From the NCBI GenBank assembly GCA_963782055.1, contig CAWAIF010000003.1:2809474-2841473 (forward strand): a stretch of 32,000 nt of DNA. The letters are read 5' to 3'. Positions 16,709 to 25,700 of this stretch are shown piece by piece. A program made the translations under genes and the position numbers. The first letter of the stretch is position 1. Each line of letters opens with the position of its first letter. This DNA is from an uncultured delta proteobacterium. Lineage in GTDB: Bacteria > Myxococcota_A > Polyangia > Polyangiales > Polyangiaceae. The notes under the pieces are model-generated. The model saw only the letters and a list, made by a program, of their open reading frames with translations. It was not told the origin of the DNA and searched no databases.

Positions 16709-17971
16709 TCAGGTGCCGGAGGTGACGCGGACCACGGTCCCGCCGGCGTTGTCGCAGGTGACGAGGAAAGCGCCCGGGCCGGCGGGCACGAGGGAGGTCA
16801 CCCCGCGGCCCCGGATGTGCGTGCACGGCGGCACGGGCATGCTGGACACCATGCCCCCCGGGCTGACCACGCCGACGACGCCGTCGGGAGTGGCGAAGGC
16901 GAGGGTGCCGGAGCGGTCGATGACGACGCCGGTGTGCGCCGGCATGCCGAACGCGCCAGGACCGCCGTCGGGCGCCAGGACGATGGGCGGCGTCGAGAGC
17001 GGCACGCGCAGGGTCTCGGTGCCCGCCGGGTCGAGCGCGATCGCGAAGGTGTGGCCGGGCACCGCCGCCATGAGGTAGGCCGCCTTGCCGCGGAGCGCGA
17101 CCGGACCGAGGTAGTAGCCGGCCCCGCCGATGGTGGCGCGCGGCACCGCGATGCCCTGCCGCGGGTCCATGGCGTAGAGGTGGCGACCTCCGACGACCGC
17201 GAGCAGGGTACCGTCCTCGGTCAAGGTGGCGCCCTGGTCGATCGCGCCGTCGAAGCTGCCGATGCGCGACGCGTCCCGTCCGGGCGTCCACGCGTAGACC
17301 ACGCCCGTGCGCGCGGTGGCGATGATCTTGCCGCCCGCGGCGAGCAGGGCGCCGGTGAGCGGCTCCGGCGTGGCCGTGCGCGCGCGCACGTCGCCGTCGG
17401 CGTCGAGGACGACCAGCTCGTTGGTGCCGGCGACGGCCACGCCGCCGTCGTCGAGGGCGAGCGGGGTCACGAACTGGCCGGCGCCCACGCGCTCGCCGCC
17501 GAGGCGTGTCTGGAAGCGCGCCGCGTAGTGTCCGCCCGCGGCGTGGGTGTAGCCCCGTACCTCGTTCTGCGTCGTGACGAACACCACCGTGCCGTCGCTC
17601 AGGACGGCGGGCGGGCTGGTCGGACCCAGCCGCAGCGGCGCGCGGGCCAGCTCCTGTCCGTCCGGCGCGAGCCAGGTCAGGTCCCCGTGGCTGAGCACCA
17701 CGATCTCCTTGTCGGTCACGATGGGCGGCACCTCGACCGGCGCGCCCGTCGTCACCTCCCACTCCTTGCGCAGCGGCGCGCGCGGGAGCGCCACGCGCGA
17801 CAGACCGGAGCGGCGCGCGTCCACGCGCACGGTGGCCGCGGGCCCCTGCGGCACGCCGACGAGGATGGTCGACGGGTGGCGCGGGTCGGAGCGCTGCGCC
17901 AGCGCCGCGGCGGAGAGCGACGCGATCGCGACGAGCAGGACAGCCGCGCGCCCTCGTGCGGCGCGGGTCAT
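16709..17971 (-). CDS. Secreted beta-propeller-like repeat protein (PQQ/BamB-like, tentative)
   Basis: ATG 17971 overlaps the stop of the upstream zinc-ribbon gene (ATGA). Signal peptide MTRAARGRAAVLLVAIASLSAAALA/Q. The product has repeated units of about 40 aa rich in DG.VV / G.L.A / short beta-strands. The fold call is by eye. Confidence 0.55.
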   Translation of the reverse strand: MTRAARGRAAVLLVAIASLSAAALAQRSDPRHPSTILVGVPQGPAATVRVDARRSGLSRVALPRAPLRKEWEVTTGAPVEVPPIVTDKEIVVLSHGDLTWLAPDGQELARAPLRLGPTSPPAVLSDGTVVFVTTQNEVRGYTHAAGGHYAARFQTRLGGERVGAGQFVTPLALDDGGVAVAGTNELVVLDADGDVRARTATPEPLTGALLAAGGKIIATARTGVVYAWTPGRDASRIGSFDGAIDQGATLTEDGTLLAVVGGRHLYAMDPRQGIAVPRATIGGAGYYLGPVALRGKAAYLMAAVPGHTFAIALDPAGTETLRVPLSTPPIVLAPDGGPGAFGMPAHTGVVIDRSGTLAFATPDGVVGVVSPGGMVSSMPVPPCTHIRGRGVTSLVPAGPGAFLVTCDNAGGTVVRVTSGT

Positions 17972-20154
17972 CGCTTCGTCCCGGCGATGAGCAGGGTCGC
18001 CTGGAGCTCCGGCACCACCTTGCCGTCGGCGCCGGAGAACGGGCGCGTCACGCGCCCGTAGGCGCGGACCTTGTCGCCCGTGCGCGGCGCGGGCTCGCCG
18101 CCCCAGACCACGCGCGCGATGCACGGGCCGTGGGCGCAGCCGCGCTTGTCGTCGAGCACGATGACGGTCTGGTGGTGCGTCGTGCGCGCCTCCACCACGT
18201 CACCCTCGACCACCGCGGTCTTGCCGGCGTTGCCCGCGATGTCGGCGGCCATGGCGTCGTAGGCGAGGGGGGAGGTCTTCTCGATCGCCGCGGCCTCCTC
18301 GTCCAGGCTGGAGACTCGCTTCAGCGTGATCTTCGCCGTGCGCGAGGCCGGAGTGCTCTTGCCCTTCGCGGCGCTGCCCACGACGACGAAGGTGTGCTCG
18401 CCGGGCGCGAGATCGACCTTGGTCTCGAAGGTGCCGTCCGCCGCGGCCGGCGCGTCGGCGCCGTCCACCGTGACGTGGCCGCCCTTCGCGGTGCGGCCGG
18501 CGACCCAGACGCTCGCGGCGTCGGTCACCATGCCTTCAGCCGGCGCGTCGAGGTGCAGCGGCACCACGCTCACCTTCACGGTCACCTCGCCCTTCTGCTC
18601 CTTGCCCTTCTTCGGGGTGACGACGTAGGGCAGCGTGCGCTCGATCGTGCGCGACACATCGGAGAGCCCGGTGACGTCGGCGGTGACGTCGTACGAGACG
18701 GTGGCCTTGCCGGAGGCGTCCAGCTTCACCGGCTTGCCGTCCAGGGTGACCGACATGCCTGGCTCCGCCTCCACGTTCACCTTGATGGCGGGCGGGTCGG
18801 CGTTCACCGCGGAGACGTCCCCGCGGATGCGGTACGAGACGGGGACCGAGAGCTTGACGGTCTCGTCGCGCCCGACGCCCGGCCGGTTCACCGCGAGCTG
18901 CAGGGGGTTTTCGCCGACGACGAGCGGGGAGGGGAGGTCCAGGTCCGCCTGGTGATTCTTGAACGTCGCCTTGGAGGCGCCGAGGGTGACCGCCGTGCCG
19001 TCCGCGCAGCTCTCGCAGGTGAGGTGGAGCTGCTCGTTGCCCTGCGGGCCGACCTGCGGGCTGGCGACGAGCGGGGAGCTGCCGTGCCAGAGCACCGCCA
19101 GCAGCACTCCGCCGACGAGCACGAGCGCCGCGATGATGCCCGCCACCACCGCGATGGGCGCGCCGCGCTTGCGGGTGATGACCGGCGGCGCGGGTGCGGC
19201 CTCGCTGAAGTTGAGCGGTGCGGGAGCGGGGACGATCGCCGGCAGTGGCTCGTCGGGCATGCGAGGCGCGGCGACGCCGAGCATCGTCTGGCCGACGCGC
19301 GGCTGGGCGGGCGCGGGCGCGGAAGAATGCGTCGGCGCGATGCCGGGCACCGCGACGCCGAGCATCGTCCGCGAGCCCTGCGGACCGGGCGGCTGCTGGG
19401 GCTGCTGCGGCTGCTGCGGCGCGGACGCGAGCTGCGGGGCGATGCCGGGCATGGCGACGCCGAGCATCGTCTTCATCAACCCGGGCTGCGGCGCGGCGGG
19501 CTGCTGAGGTTGCGGCTGCGCGGGAGGTTGCTGCGTGAACGGCTGCGGCTGCGCGGGCGCGGGGGCCTGCGCCTGGGCGGCGCGAATGTCGGGAGGCGCG
19601 ACGAACCCGAGCATCGTCTTGGCGGCGAGACCCCCGCCGGCGGGGGTGGAGGGCACCTGCGCCGGCGCCGGATGGGCCTGCATCGGCTGGGTCGGCGCGG
19701 GGGCGTGCGCGGGCTGTGCGGGCGGGGGGCCGGCCTGCGCAGGGGGTGCGGCGGACTGCGCGGCCTGTGGCGCCTGGAGGCCACGCAGATCGGGCGGCGC
19801 CATGAACCCGAGCATCGTGCGCGCGCCGGCGGCGCCCAGCGAGCCTCCTCCCGCCGGCTGCGCAGCAGGTGGCGGCCCGGCCTGCACGGGCTGGGCGGCA
19901 GGTGGCGGCGCGGCCTGCACGGGCTGGGCGGCAGGTGGCGGCGCGGCCTGGGCAGGCTGCGCGGGCGCTCCAGGTTGCGCGAGGGGGCTGGTGAAGCCGA
20001 GCACCGTGCGCGCGCCCTTGATGGGCATGTCGGCTGCCGCCGGACGCACCGGTGCCGGCGCCGGCGCGCCTTCGGTCACCGCGCCGCACTGACCGCAGAA
20101 CTTGGCGCCGTCGGGCAGCGCATTTCCGCATTGCGGGCACGTCCGTCCAGGCAT
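17968..20154 (-). CDS. Zinc-ribbon, Pro/Ala/Gln-rich, single-pass membrane protein with a beta-rich extracytoplasmic region (uncharacterised)
   Basis: ATG 20154, 728 aa.
- N-terminal MPGRTCPQCGNALPDGAKFCGQCG zinc ribbon.
- About 300 aa of low-complexity sequence carrying six [RKQ]T[MV]LG[FV] motifs.
- RKRG followed by the TM helix APIAVVAGIIAALVLVGGVLLAVLW.
- About 370 aa of Ig-like and OB-like beta-rich sequence.
The rest of ORF 17968..21513 is shadow frame. Confidence 0.7.
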   Translation of the reverse strand: MPGRTCPQCGNALPDGAKFCGQCGAVTEGAPAPAPVRPAAADMPIKGARTVLGFTSPLAQPGAPAQPAQAAPPPAAQPVQAAPPPAAQPVQAGPPPAAQPAGGGSLGAAGARTMLGFMAPPDLRGLQAPQAAQSAAPPAQAGPPPAQPAHAPAPTQPMQAHPAPAQVPSTPAGGGLAAKTMLGFVAPPDIRAAQAQAPAPAQPQPFTQQPPAQPQPQQPAAPQPGLMKTMLGVAMPGIAPQLASAPQQPQQPQQPPGPQGSRTMLGVAVPGIAPTHSSAPAPAQPRVGQTMLGVAAPRMPDEPLPAIVPAPAPLNFSEAAPAPPVITRKRGAPIAVVAGIIAALVLVGGVLLAVLWHGSSPLVASPQVGPQGNEQLHLTCESCADGTAVTLGASKATFKNHQADLDLPSPLVVGENPLQLAVNRPGVGRDETVKLSVPVSYRIRGDVSAVNADPPAIKVNVEAEPGMSVTLDGKPVKLDASGKATVSYDVTADVTGLSDVSRTIERTLPYVVTPKKGKEQKGEVTVKVSVVPLHLDAPAEGMVTDAASVWVAGRTAKGGHVTVDGADAPAAADGTFETKVDLAPGEHTFVVVGSAAKGKSTPASRTAKITLKRVSSLDEEAAAIEKTSPLAYDAMAADIAGNAGKTAVVEGDVVEARTTHHQTVIVLDDKRGCAHGPCIARVVWGGEPAPRTGDKVRAYGRVTRPFSGADGKVVPELQATLLIAGTKR
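19276..20007. repeat. Six dispersed copies of a 12-nt core ([GC]CCGAGCA[TC]CGT on the + strand) encoding the TMLG motif
   Basis: Copies lie at about 19276, 19357, 19459, 19606, 19807 and 19996. Two of them sit in a roughly 32-nt near-identical block (CGATGCCGGGCA..GCGACGCCGAGCATCGTC) encoding MLGVA[VM]PGIAP. Confidence 0.8.
19865..19950. repeat. 33-bp tandem repeat, about 2.6 copies, in frame
   Basis: GCAGGTGGCGGC[C/G]CGGCCTGCACGGGCTGGGCG repeated at 19865, 19898 and 19931 (the last partial). It encodes AAPPPAAQPVQ repeats on the minus strand. Confidence 0.85.
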
Positions 20155-20298
20155 CGGTTTGTCCCCTATGCGTACGTCAAAGATCCGGGATGTCCAAGTC
20201 TCCCGTACGGTCGCGCCCGGGCGGGCACGCTCCGTACCATGTGCAGTCTGCAACTGAAGCTTGGGCCGCGCCTCCGATGGGGGGTATAAGCCAAGGCC

Positions 20299-21477
20299 AT
20301 GAAGACGCGCTGGGTCCTTGGAGCCGTCATGGCCCTCTCGGCGGCGGCGGGGGCCGCCCTGCTCTCGTGCGACGGCGACGACACGCCGCCGGCCACCTTC
20401 CCCGATGCCTCGGCCGACGTGGTGGCCTCCGACGTGACCACCGACGCTCCGGACGTGGACGGTGGGTCCGACGCCGACGCCGGCGCCCGGGCGAAGGTCA
20501 TCCTGGTGCACGCCTCCCCGGACGTGCCGGCGGTCCGCGTCTGCTTCGCCATCGGCACCAAGAACGATGGCTCCGACGCCGTGCTCGCGCCCTTCCCGCC
20601 GCTGCCGGACAAGGCGGTCGGTGCCCAGCCGTACCCAGGCGTCTTCCCCGGCACCGGCGGCACGCTCCCCGACCTCGGTCAGGATCTGTCCGGCAAGGTG
20701 GTGGTCCCCTACGCGGTGCTCGCCAGCAAGGTGTCGACCGACGTCGCGACCGACGGCGGCATCGCGCCCGTCGCGTGCGACAGCCTCATCGCCGGCGACG
20801 GCGGACTGACGCCCGGCGTGGACTACATTCCGCTTCCGCCCATCCCGGCGGGCACGCTGAAGCCGGACACCACCTTGCTGCTGGCGGCCACCGGCTGCTT
20901 CCCCACGGCGGTCGACTCCAAGGCGAGCGCCGCCCTGTGCGGGGCCGACTACGACACGCAGAAGGGCAACGTGGCGATCAAGGGCTTCGTGCTCGATCGC
21001 GCCGTCGCCGACGCGCAGAAGACCGGCACCCAGGCGGCGCACCTCTCCTCGCAGGTGCAGGGGCTGCTGCAGGGCGGCAACGCCACCGGCATCACCGTCG
21101 GCGTCATCGTCGCCGATGCGGGCGGCTACCAGCCCGTCACCAGCAACGCCGATCCGGTCGCGTACGGTCAGATCAAGCCGGCCCCCGCCTCCGCGCTGTC
21201 CTTGCCGCCCGCCAGCTCCGCCGAGCTGTCGCTCGGCGTGCTGGACCCCGATGGGGGCCCGGCGCTGTCGGTCGTCGACGTGCCCTTCGCCTCCATCTAC
21301 ACCGCGACGACAGGCCAGACGCAGGGCGCGGACCAGTACTTCGTCGCCGGCGCCAACTTCACCTTCGTGATCCTCGGCGACCCGACCCAGCCGTTCGTCA
21401 CCGACGCCGGCGTCAACGGCTACGGCCTCCACGTCCTCGCCTTCCCGAACAATCCGCCCGTCGCCAAGTACCCCTGA
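20299..21477 (+). CDS. Lipoprotein with DUF4397-like domain(s)
   Basis: MKTRWVLGAVMALSAAAGAALLS/C provides a lipobox, followed by an Asp-rich linker. AKVILVHASPDVPAVRVCF is the hallmark first strand of DUF4397. The gene is divergent from the zinc-ribbon gene across a 144-nt spacer. Confidence 0.65.
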   Translation: MKTRWVLGAVMALSAAAGAALLSCDGDDTPPATFPDASADVVASDVTTDAPDVDGGSDADAGARAKVILVHASPDVPAVRVCFAIGTKNDGSDAVLAPFPPLPDKAVGAQPYPGVFPGTGGTLPDLGQDLSGKVVVPYAVLASKVSTDVATDGGIAPVACDSLIAGDGGLTPGVDYIPLPPIPAGTLKPDTTLLLAATGCFPTAVDSKASAALCGADYDTQKGNVAIKGFVLDRAVADAQKTGTQAAHLSSQVQGLLQGGNATGITVGVIVADAGGYQPVTSNADPVAYGQIKPAPASALSLPPASSAELSLGVLDPDGGPALSVVDVPFASIYTATTGQTQGADQYFVAGANFTFVILGDPTQPFVTDAGVNGYGLHVLAFPNNPPVAKYP

Positions 21478-21560
21478 CCTTCCCCAGCGCGGGCCCCATC
21501 GGCTCCGCGTCACGGGTCGCGAGGGGCGTGACGGACCGAGGCGGAGTATGGTGACGCGCA

Positions 21561-22403
21561 GTGCGCGCGTACGTGTTGGGAAGCGGGTCGAGCGGCAACG
21601 CGCTGCTCGTCGAGACCGAGGGTGTACGCATCCTCGTCGACGCGGGGATCGGCCCGCGCGTGAGCGCCACGCGCCTGCACGCGCTGGGGTCCGACCTCTT
21701 CCCTCGCGGGGTGGACGCCATCGTCGTCACGCACCACCACGGCGATCACGCCGCGCAGCTGGAGCCCCTTTGCCGTGCCCTCGGCGTGCCCAAGGCGGGG
21801 CATGTACGCGACGGGGACGAGTCCGGCCCGCTCGTCTTCCTCCACGACGGCATCGAGGCGTCGCGCGTCCGTCATCGCTTCGCGGTCCGGCGCTTCGTCC
21901 CCGGCCACTCCTTCCGCGTCCGCGGCGTGGAGGTGCGCACCATGACGGTGCCGCACGACGCGCCGCAGGTCGCGGTGGTGGTGGCGACGCGCCGTCACGC
22001 CCTGGGGATGGTCACCGACATCGGCGCGGCGCCGCGCGGCCTGGTCGACTTCTTCGCCGCGTGCGACACGGTGCTGCTGGAGTCCAACTACTGCTCCGAG
22101 CTGCTGGAGGACGGTCCTTACCCCCTGAGCCTCAAGCGGCGGGTGGCGGGGGGCCTCGGGCACCTCGCCAACGACGAGGCGGGTCGGCTCGCCGCGAAGC
22201 TCGCAGGCTGCAACGTCTCGCGGGTGTTCTTGTGTCACCTCTCGCGGAGCAACAACACGCCGGAGAGGGCGCTTCGTGCGGTGCGGGACGCCGCGCCCGA
22301 CCTGGCGGTGGAGGCCATCCCGCACGGGGAGCCGAGGCTGCTCGACCTGAGCCCTGGGAGCGCGCCGGGCAACGCCTACCGCCAGCTCACCCTCCCGCTC
22401 TGA
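21561..22403 (+). CDS. MBL-fold metallo-hydrolase, YycJ/WalJ-like
   Basis: GTG start. VLGSGSSGNALLVE..ILVDAG, VTHHHGDH, ESNY...LL..GPYP.SLKRR.....GHL.N.EA, and CHLS..NN are colinear with Bacillus YycJ as remembered. Confidence 0.8.
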   Translation: MRAYVLGSGSSGNALLVETEGVRILVDAGIGPRVSATRLHALGSDLFPRGVDAIVVTHHHGDHAAQLEPLCRALGVPKAGHVRDGDESGPLVFLHDGIEASRVRHRFAVRRFVPGHSFRVRGVEVRTMTVPHDAPQVAVVVATRRHALGMVTDIGAAPRGLVDFFAACDTVLLESNYCSELLEDGPYPLSLKRRVAGGLGHLANDEAGRLAAKLAGCNVSRVFLCHLSRSNNTPERALRAVRDAAPDLAVEAIPHGEPRLLDLSPGSAPGNAYRQLTLPL

Positions 22404-22480
22404 GGTCCCCCACCGTCCCGCGGACGGCCCCGGCGAGCGTGAGGGTGGCGGAAAGGTCAAGCTGTGGCTAAAAGGCGCCC

Positions 22481-22765
22481 ATGAGCACCCGCACCGTCCA
22501 CTGCCGCAAGCTCGGAAAAGACCTCCCCGGCCTGGAGCGCCCCCCCTACAAGAACGAGCTGGGCCAGAAGATCTACGACGAGGTCTCCAAGGAGGCCTGG
22601 GACATGTGGCTCAAGGATTCGGTGAAGTTCATCAACACCTACCGGGTCGACCTCGCCTCGTCGGAGGGGCAGAAGTTCATGTTCGACCAGTGCGCGATCT
22701 ACTTCGGCTTCAAGGAGGGCGACGCGGCCCAGACGGCGTTCACCCCGGCCGAGGAGCAGAAGTGA
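22481..22765 (+). CDS. yggX: Fe(2+)-trafficking / oxidative-damage protection protein YggX
   Basis: MSTRTVHCRKLGKDLPGLERPPYKNELGQKIYDEVSKEAWDMWLKDSVKFINTYRVDL... follows the E. coli YggX pattern (..C..L.....G.....YPGELGKRIY..ISKEAW..W...Q.MLINE..L). Length is 94 aa. Confidence 0.85.
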   Translation: MSTRTVHCRKLGKDLPGLERPPYKNELGQKIYDEVSKEAWDMWLKDSVKFINTYRVDLASSEGQKFMFDQCAIYFGFKEGDAAQTAFTPAEEQK

Positions 22766-22769
22766 CCGC

Positions 22770-25700
22770 ATGAGCGCCGCCAAGTCGCCGCCGGGCCCGT
22801 ACGCCCGCGTCGCGCGCGACGAGCTCGCGCTCGGCGTCGCCGGCTTCACCTGGGCCGACCTCTTCGACCCGCCGCGCCTCCGCGACCTGCACCAGGTCTT
22901 CGACGAGCAGTTCCGCGAGCGCGCCCCCGACGCATGGGCCACCTTCGACGCCTACCGCCGCTGCCAGGGCGAGGGGATGACGCCGGAGCAGCGCAGCGAG
23001 GCCCTGCTCGCCGCCGCCCCGCACGTGAGCGCCTTCCTGGCGCAGCTCTTCGCCGTGGGCGACGAGGTGGTCGAGGTCAAGGAGGAGGTCCACTCCCGCG
23101 ACCCGCTGTGGCACTTCAAGAAGGACTTCGCGAAGAAGCGGGTCCTCAAGGCCGACGCGGGGCGGAGCTGGACGCACGGCGACGCCCTCGCCCACGAGGC
23201 CGCGCGCCTCGCCCTCCACGTCGTCACCGAGACGGACGGCGCCGACGAGGAGCTGCGCGTCGCCGAGGGCACCCTGCAGGTGCTGGCGGTCGACGACGTC
23301 GCCCGCAAGGTGAAGAAGCAGGGCGGCGCCCAGTGGACCGACGAGCTGCGCGCGCGCGCCCGGGCGCTGCGCGAGGCGCTCGGGGCGAACGCCGAGCTCG
23401 CTCCCCTCCTGCCGCAGGGCGACGACACCCTGGGCGACGTGGCCGGGCTGGTGCTGGATGCGCTGGAGCACGAGCTCGCCCGGCGCCACGCTGACCCCGC
23501 CGACCCTGCCTCGCGGTGGCCCTCCCTCCACCAGCCGCACAACCTGGACTACGCGCACCTGGTCCAGCTCCGCCGGCCCGACCCCAAGCTCCCCGAGCTC
23601 TTCGTCGGGCCCGAGCACGAGCGCCGCCAGCGTGACAGCTTCCGCCTGACCGACAAGCGCGGCAGCGCGCGGGAGGTCGAGCAGGAGGTGGACTACTGCC
23701 TCTACTGCCACGGCCGCGACAAGGATTCGTGCAGCAAGGGCTTCCGGGACAAGGGCGGGGGTTACAAGAAGAACCCCCTCGGGGTCGAGCTGCAGGGCTG
23801 CCCGCTCGAGGAGAAGATCAGCGAGATGCACGTGATGCGCCGCCAGGGCGATGTCGTCGCGGCGCTGGCGCTGGTCACGGTCGACAACCCGATGACGCCG
23901 GGCACCGGTCACCGCATCTGCAACGACTGCATGAAGGCGTGCGTCTTCCAGAAGCAGGAGCCGGTCAACATCCCGCAGGTGGAGACGCGCGTCCTCACCG
24001 AGGTGCTGACCCTCCCGTGGGGTCTGGAGATCTACTCCCTGCTCACGCGCTGGAACCCGCTCAACGTCCGGCGTCCCTACGCGAAGCCCTACAACGGCCG
24101 GAACGTGCTCGTCGTCGGCCTCGGTCCGGCGGGCTACACGCTGGCGCACCACCTGGCGAGCGAGGGCTTCGGCGTCACCGCGGTGGACGGCCTGAAGCTC
24201 GAGCCGCTGCCCTTCTCCCTGACGGGCGGCTACCCGGGCTCACCGGAAGACGGCGGCTACCTCCCGCCGGAGCCGATCAAGGACGCGCGATCCATCTACG
24301 GCCGCCTGGACGAGCGCATCCTGCTCGGCTTCGGCGGCGTGAGCGAGTACGGCATCACCGTCCGGTGGGACAAGAACTTCCTCACCCTCACGTACATGAC
24401 CCTCGCGCGCAACCGGCACGTGCGCATGTACGGGGGCATCCGCTTCGGCGGCACGCTCACCCTCGAGGACGCCTGGGACCTCGGCTTCGATCACGTCGCC
24501 ATCGCCGCCGGCGCCGGCCGCCCGACGCTCATCGACATCAAGAACAACCTCGCCCGCGGCATCCGCAAGGCGAGCGACTTCCTGATGGCCCTGCAGCTGA
24601 CCGGCGCCTACAAGAAGACCTCCATCGCCAACCTGCAGGTGAGCCTGCCGGCGGTGGTGATCGGCGGCGGCCTGACGGCCATCGACACCGCCACCGAGCT
24701 GCTCGCCTATTACTGCGTGCAGATCGAGAAGACGGTGGAGCGCTACGAAGGCCTGCGCGCCACGCTGAGCGAGGCGCAGGTGCGAGCCCTCTTCGACGAC
24801 GAGGAGTGGGGCGAGATGCAGGAGCACCTCGGCCACGGCCGCCAGCTCCTCGCCGAGAAGGCGACGGCGAAGCGGGAGGGCCGCCCGCCGAACGTGCAGC
24901 GCCTCCTGGACTCCTGGGGCGGCGTCACCCTCGTGTACCGCAAGAGCCTCGCCGACTCCCCCGCGTACCGCCTCAACCACGAGGAGGTCATCAAGAGCCT
25001 GGAAGAGGGCGTGCGCTACGTGGAGGGCCTGTCGCCGACAGAGGCCGTCCTCAACGACTCCGGCGCGGTGCGCGCGATGAAGTTCGTCCGCAAGGACGGC
25101 TCGGTGGTGGAGCTCCCCGCGCGGACGGTGTGCGTCGCCGCGGGCACCAGCCCCAACATCAGCTACCAGAAGGAGCACTCGGGCAGCTTCGTCCTCGACG
25201 CCAAGAACCGCTACTTCCTCGCCCACCGCGCCGCGGTGGACGCCGCGGGCCACGTCACGCTGGCCCCCGCCGAGGACATCTCGGAGGGCTTCTTCACCAG
25301 CTACCTGCAGGGCGACAGGACCGTCTCCTTCTACGGCGACAACCACCCGCACTACGCGGGCAGCGTCGTCAAGGCGATGGCGAGCGCCAAGGACGGCTAC
25401 CCGCACGTCGCCGCCCTCTTCCCGGAGATCGCCCGGCTCGATCCGGCCGCTCAACCCTCGCGTGACGAGGCCCTCCGCGCGATGTTCGCCAAGCTGGACG
25501 ATCAGCTCCTCGCGCGCGTCGTGGAGGTCAAGCGTCTGACCCGGACCATCGTGGAGGTCGTCGTGCGCGCGCCGATGGCCGCGCGCAAGTTCCACCCCGG
25601 GCAGTTCTACCGGCTGCAGAACTTCGAGACACGCGCGCCGGTCGTCGGCGGCAAGGACACCGCCGGCGCGGCGGGCACGCGCCTGGCGATGGAGGGCCTC

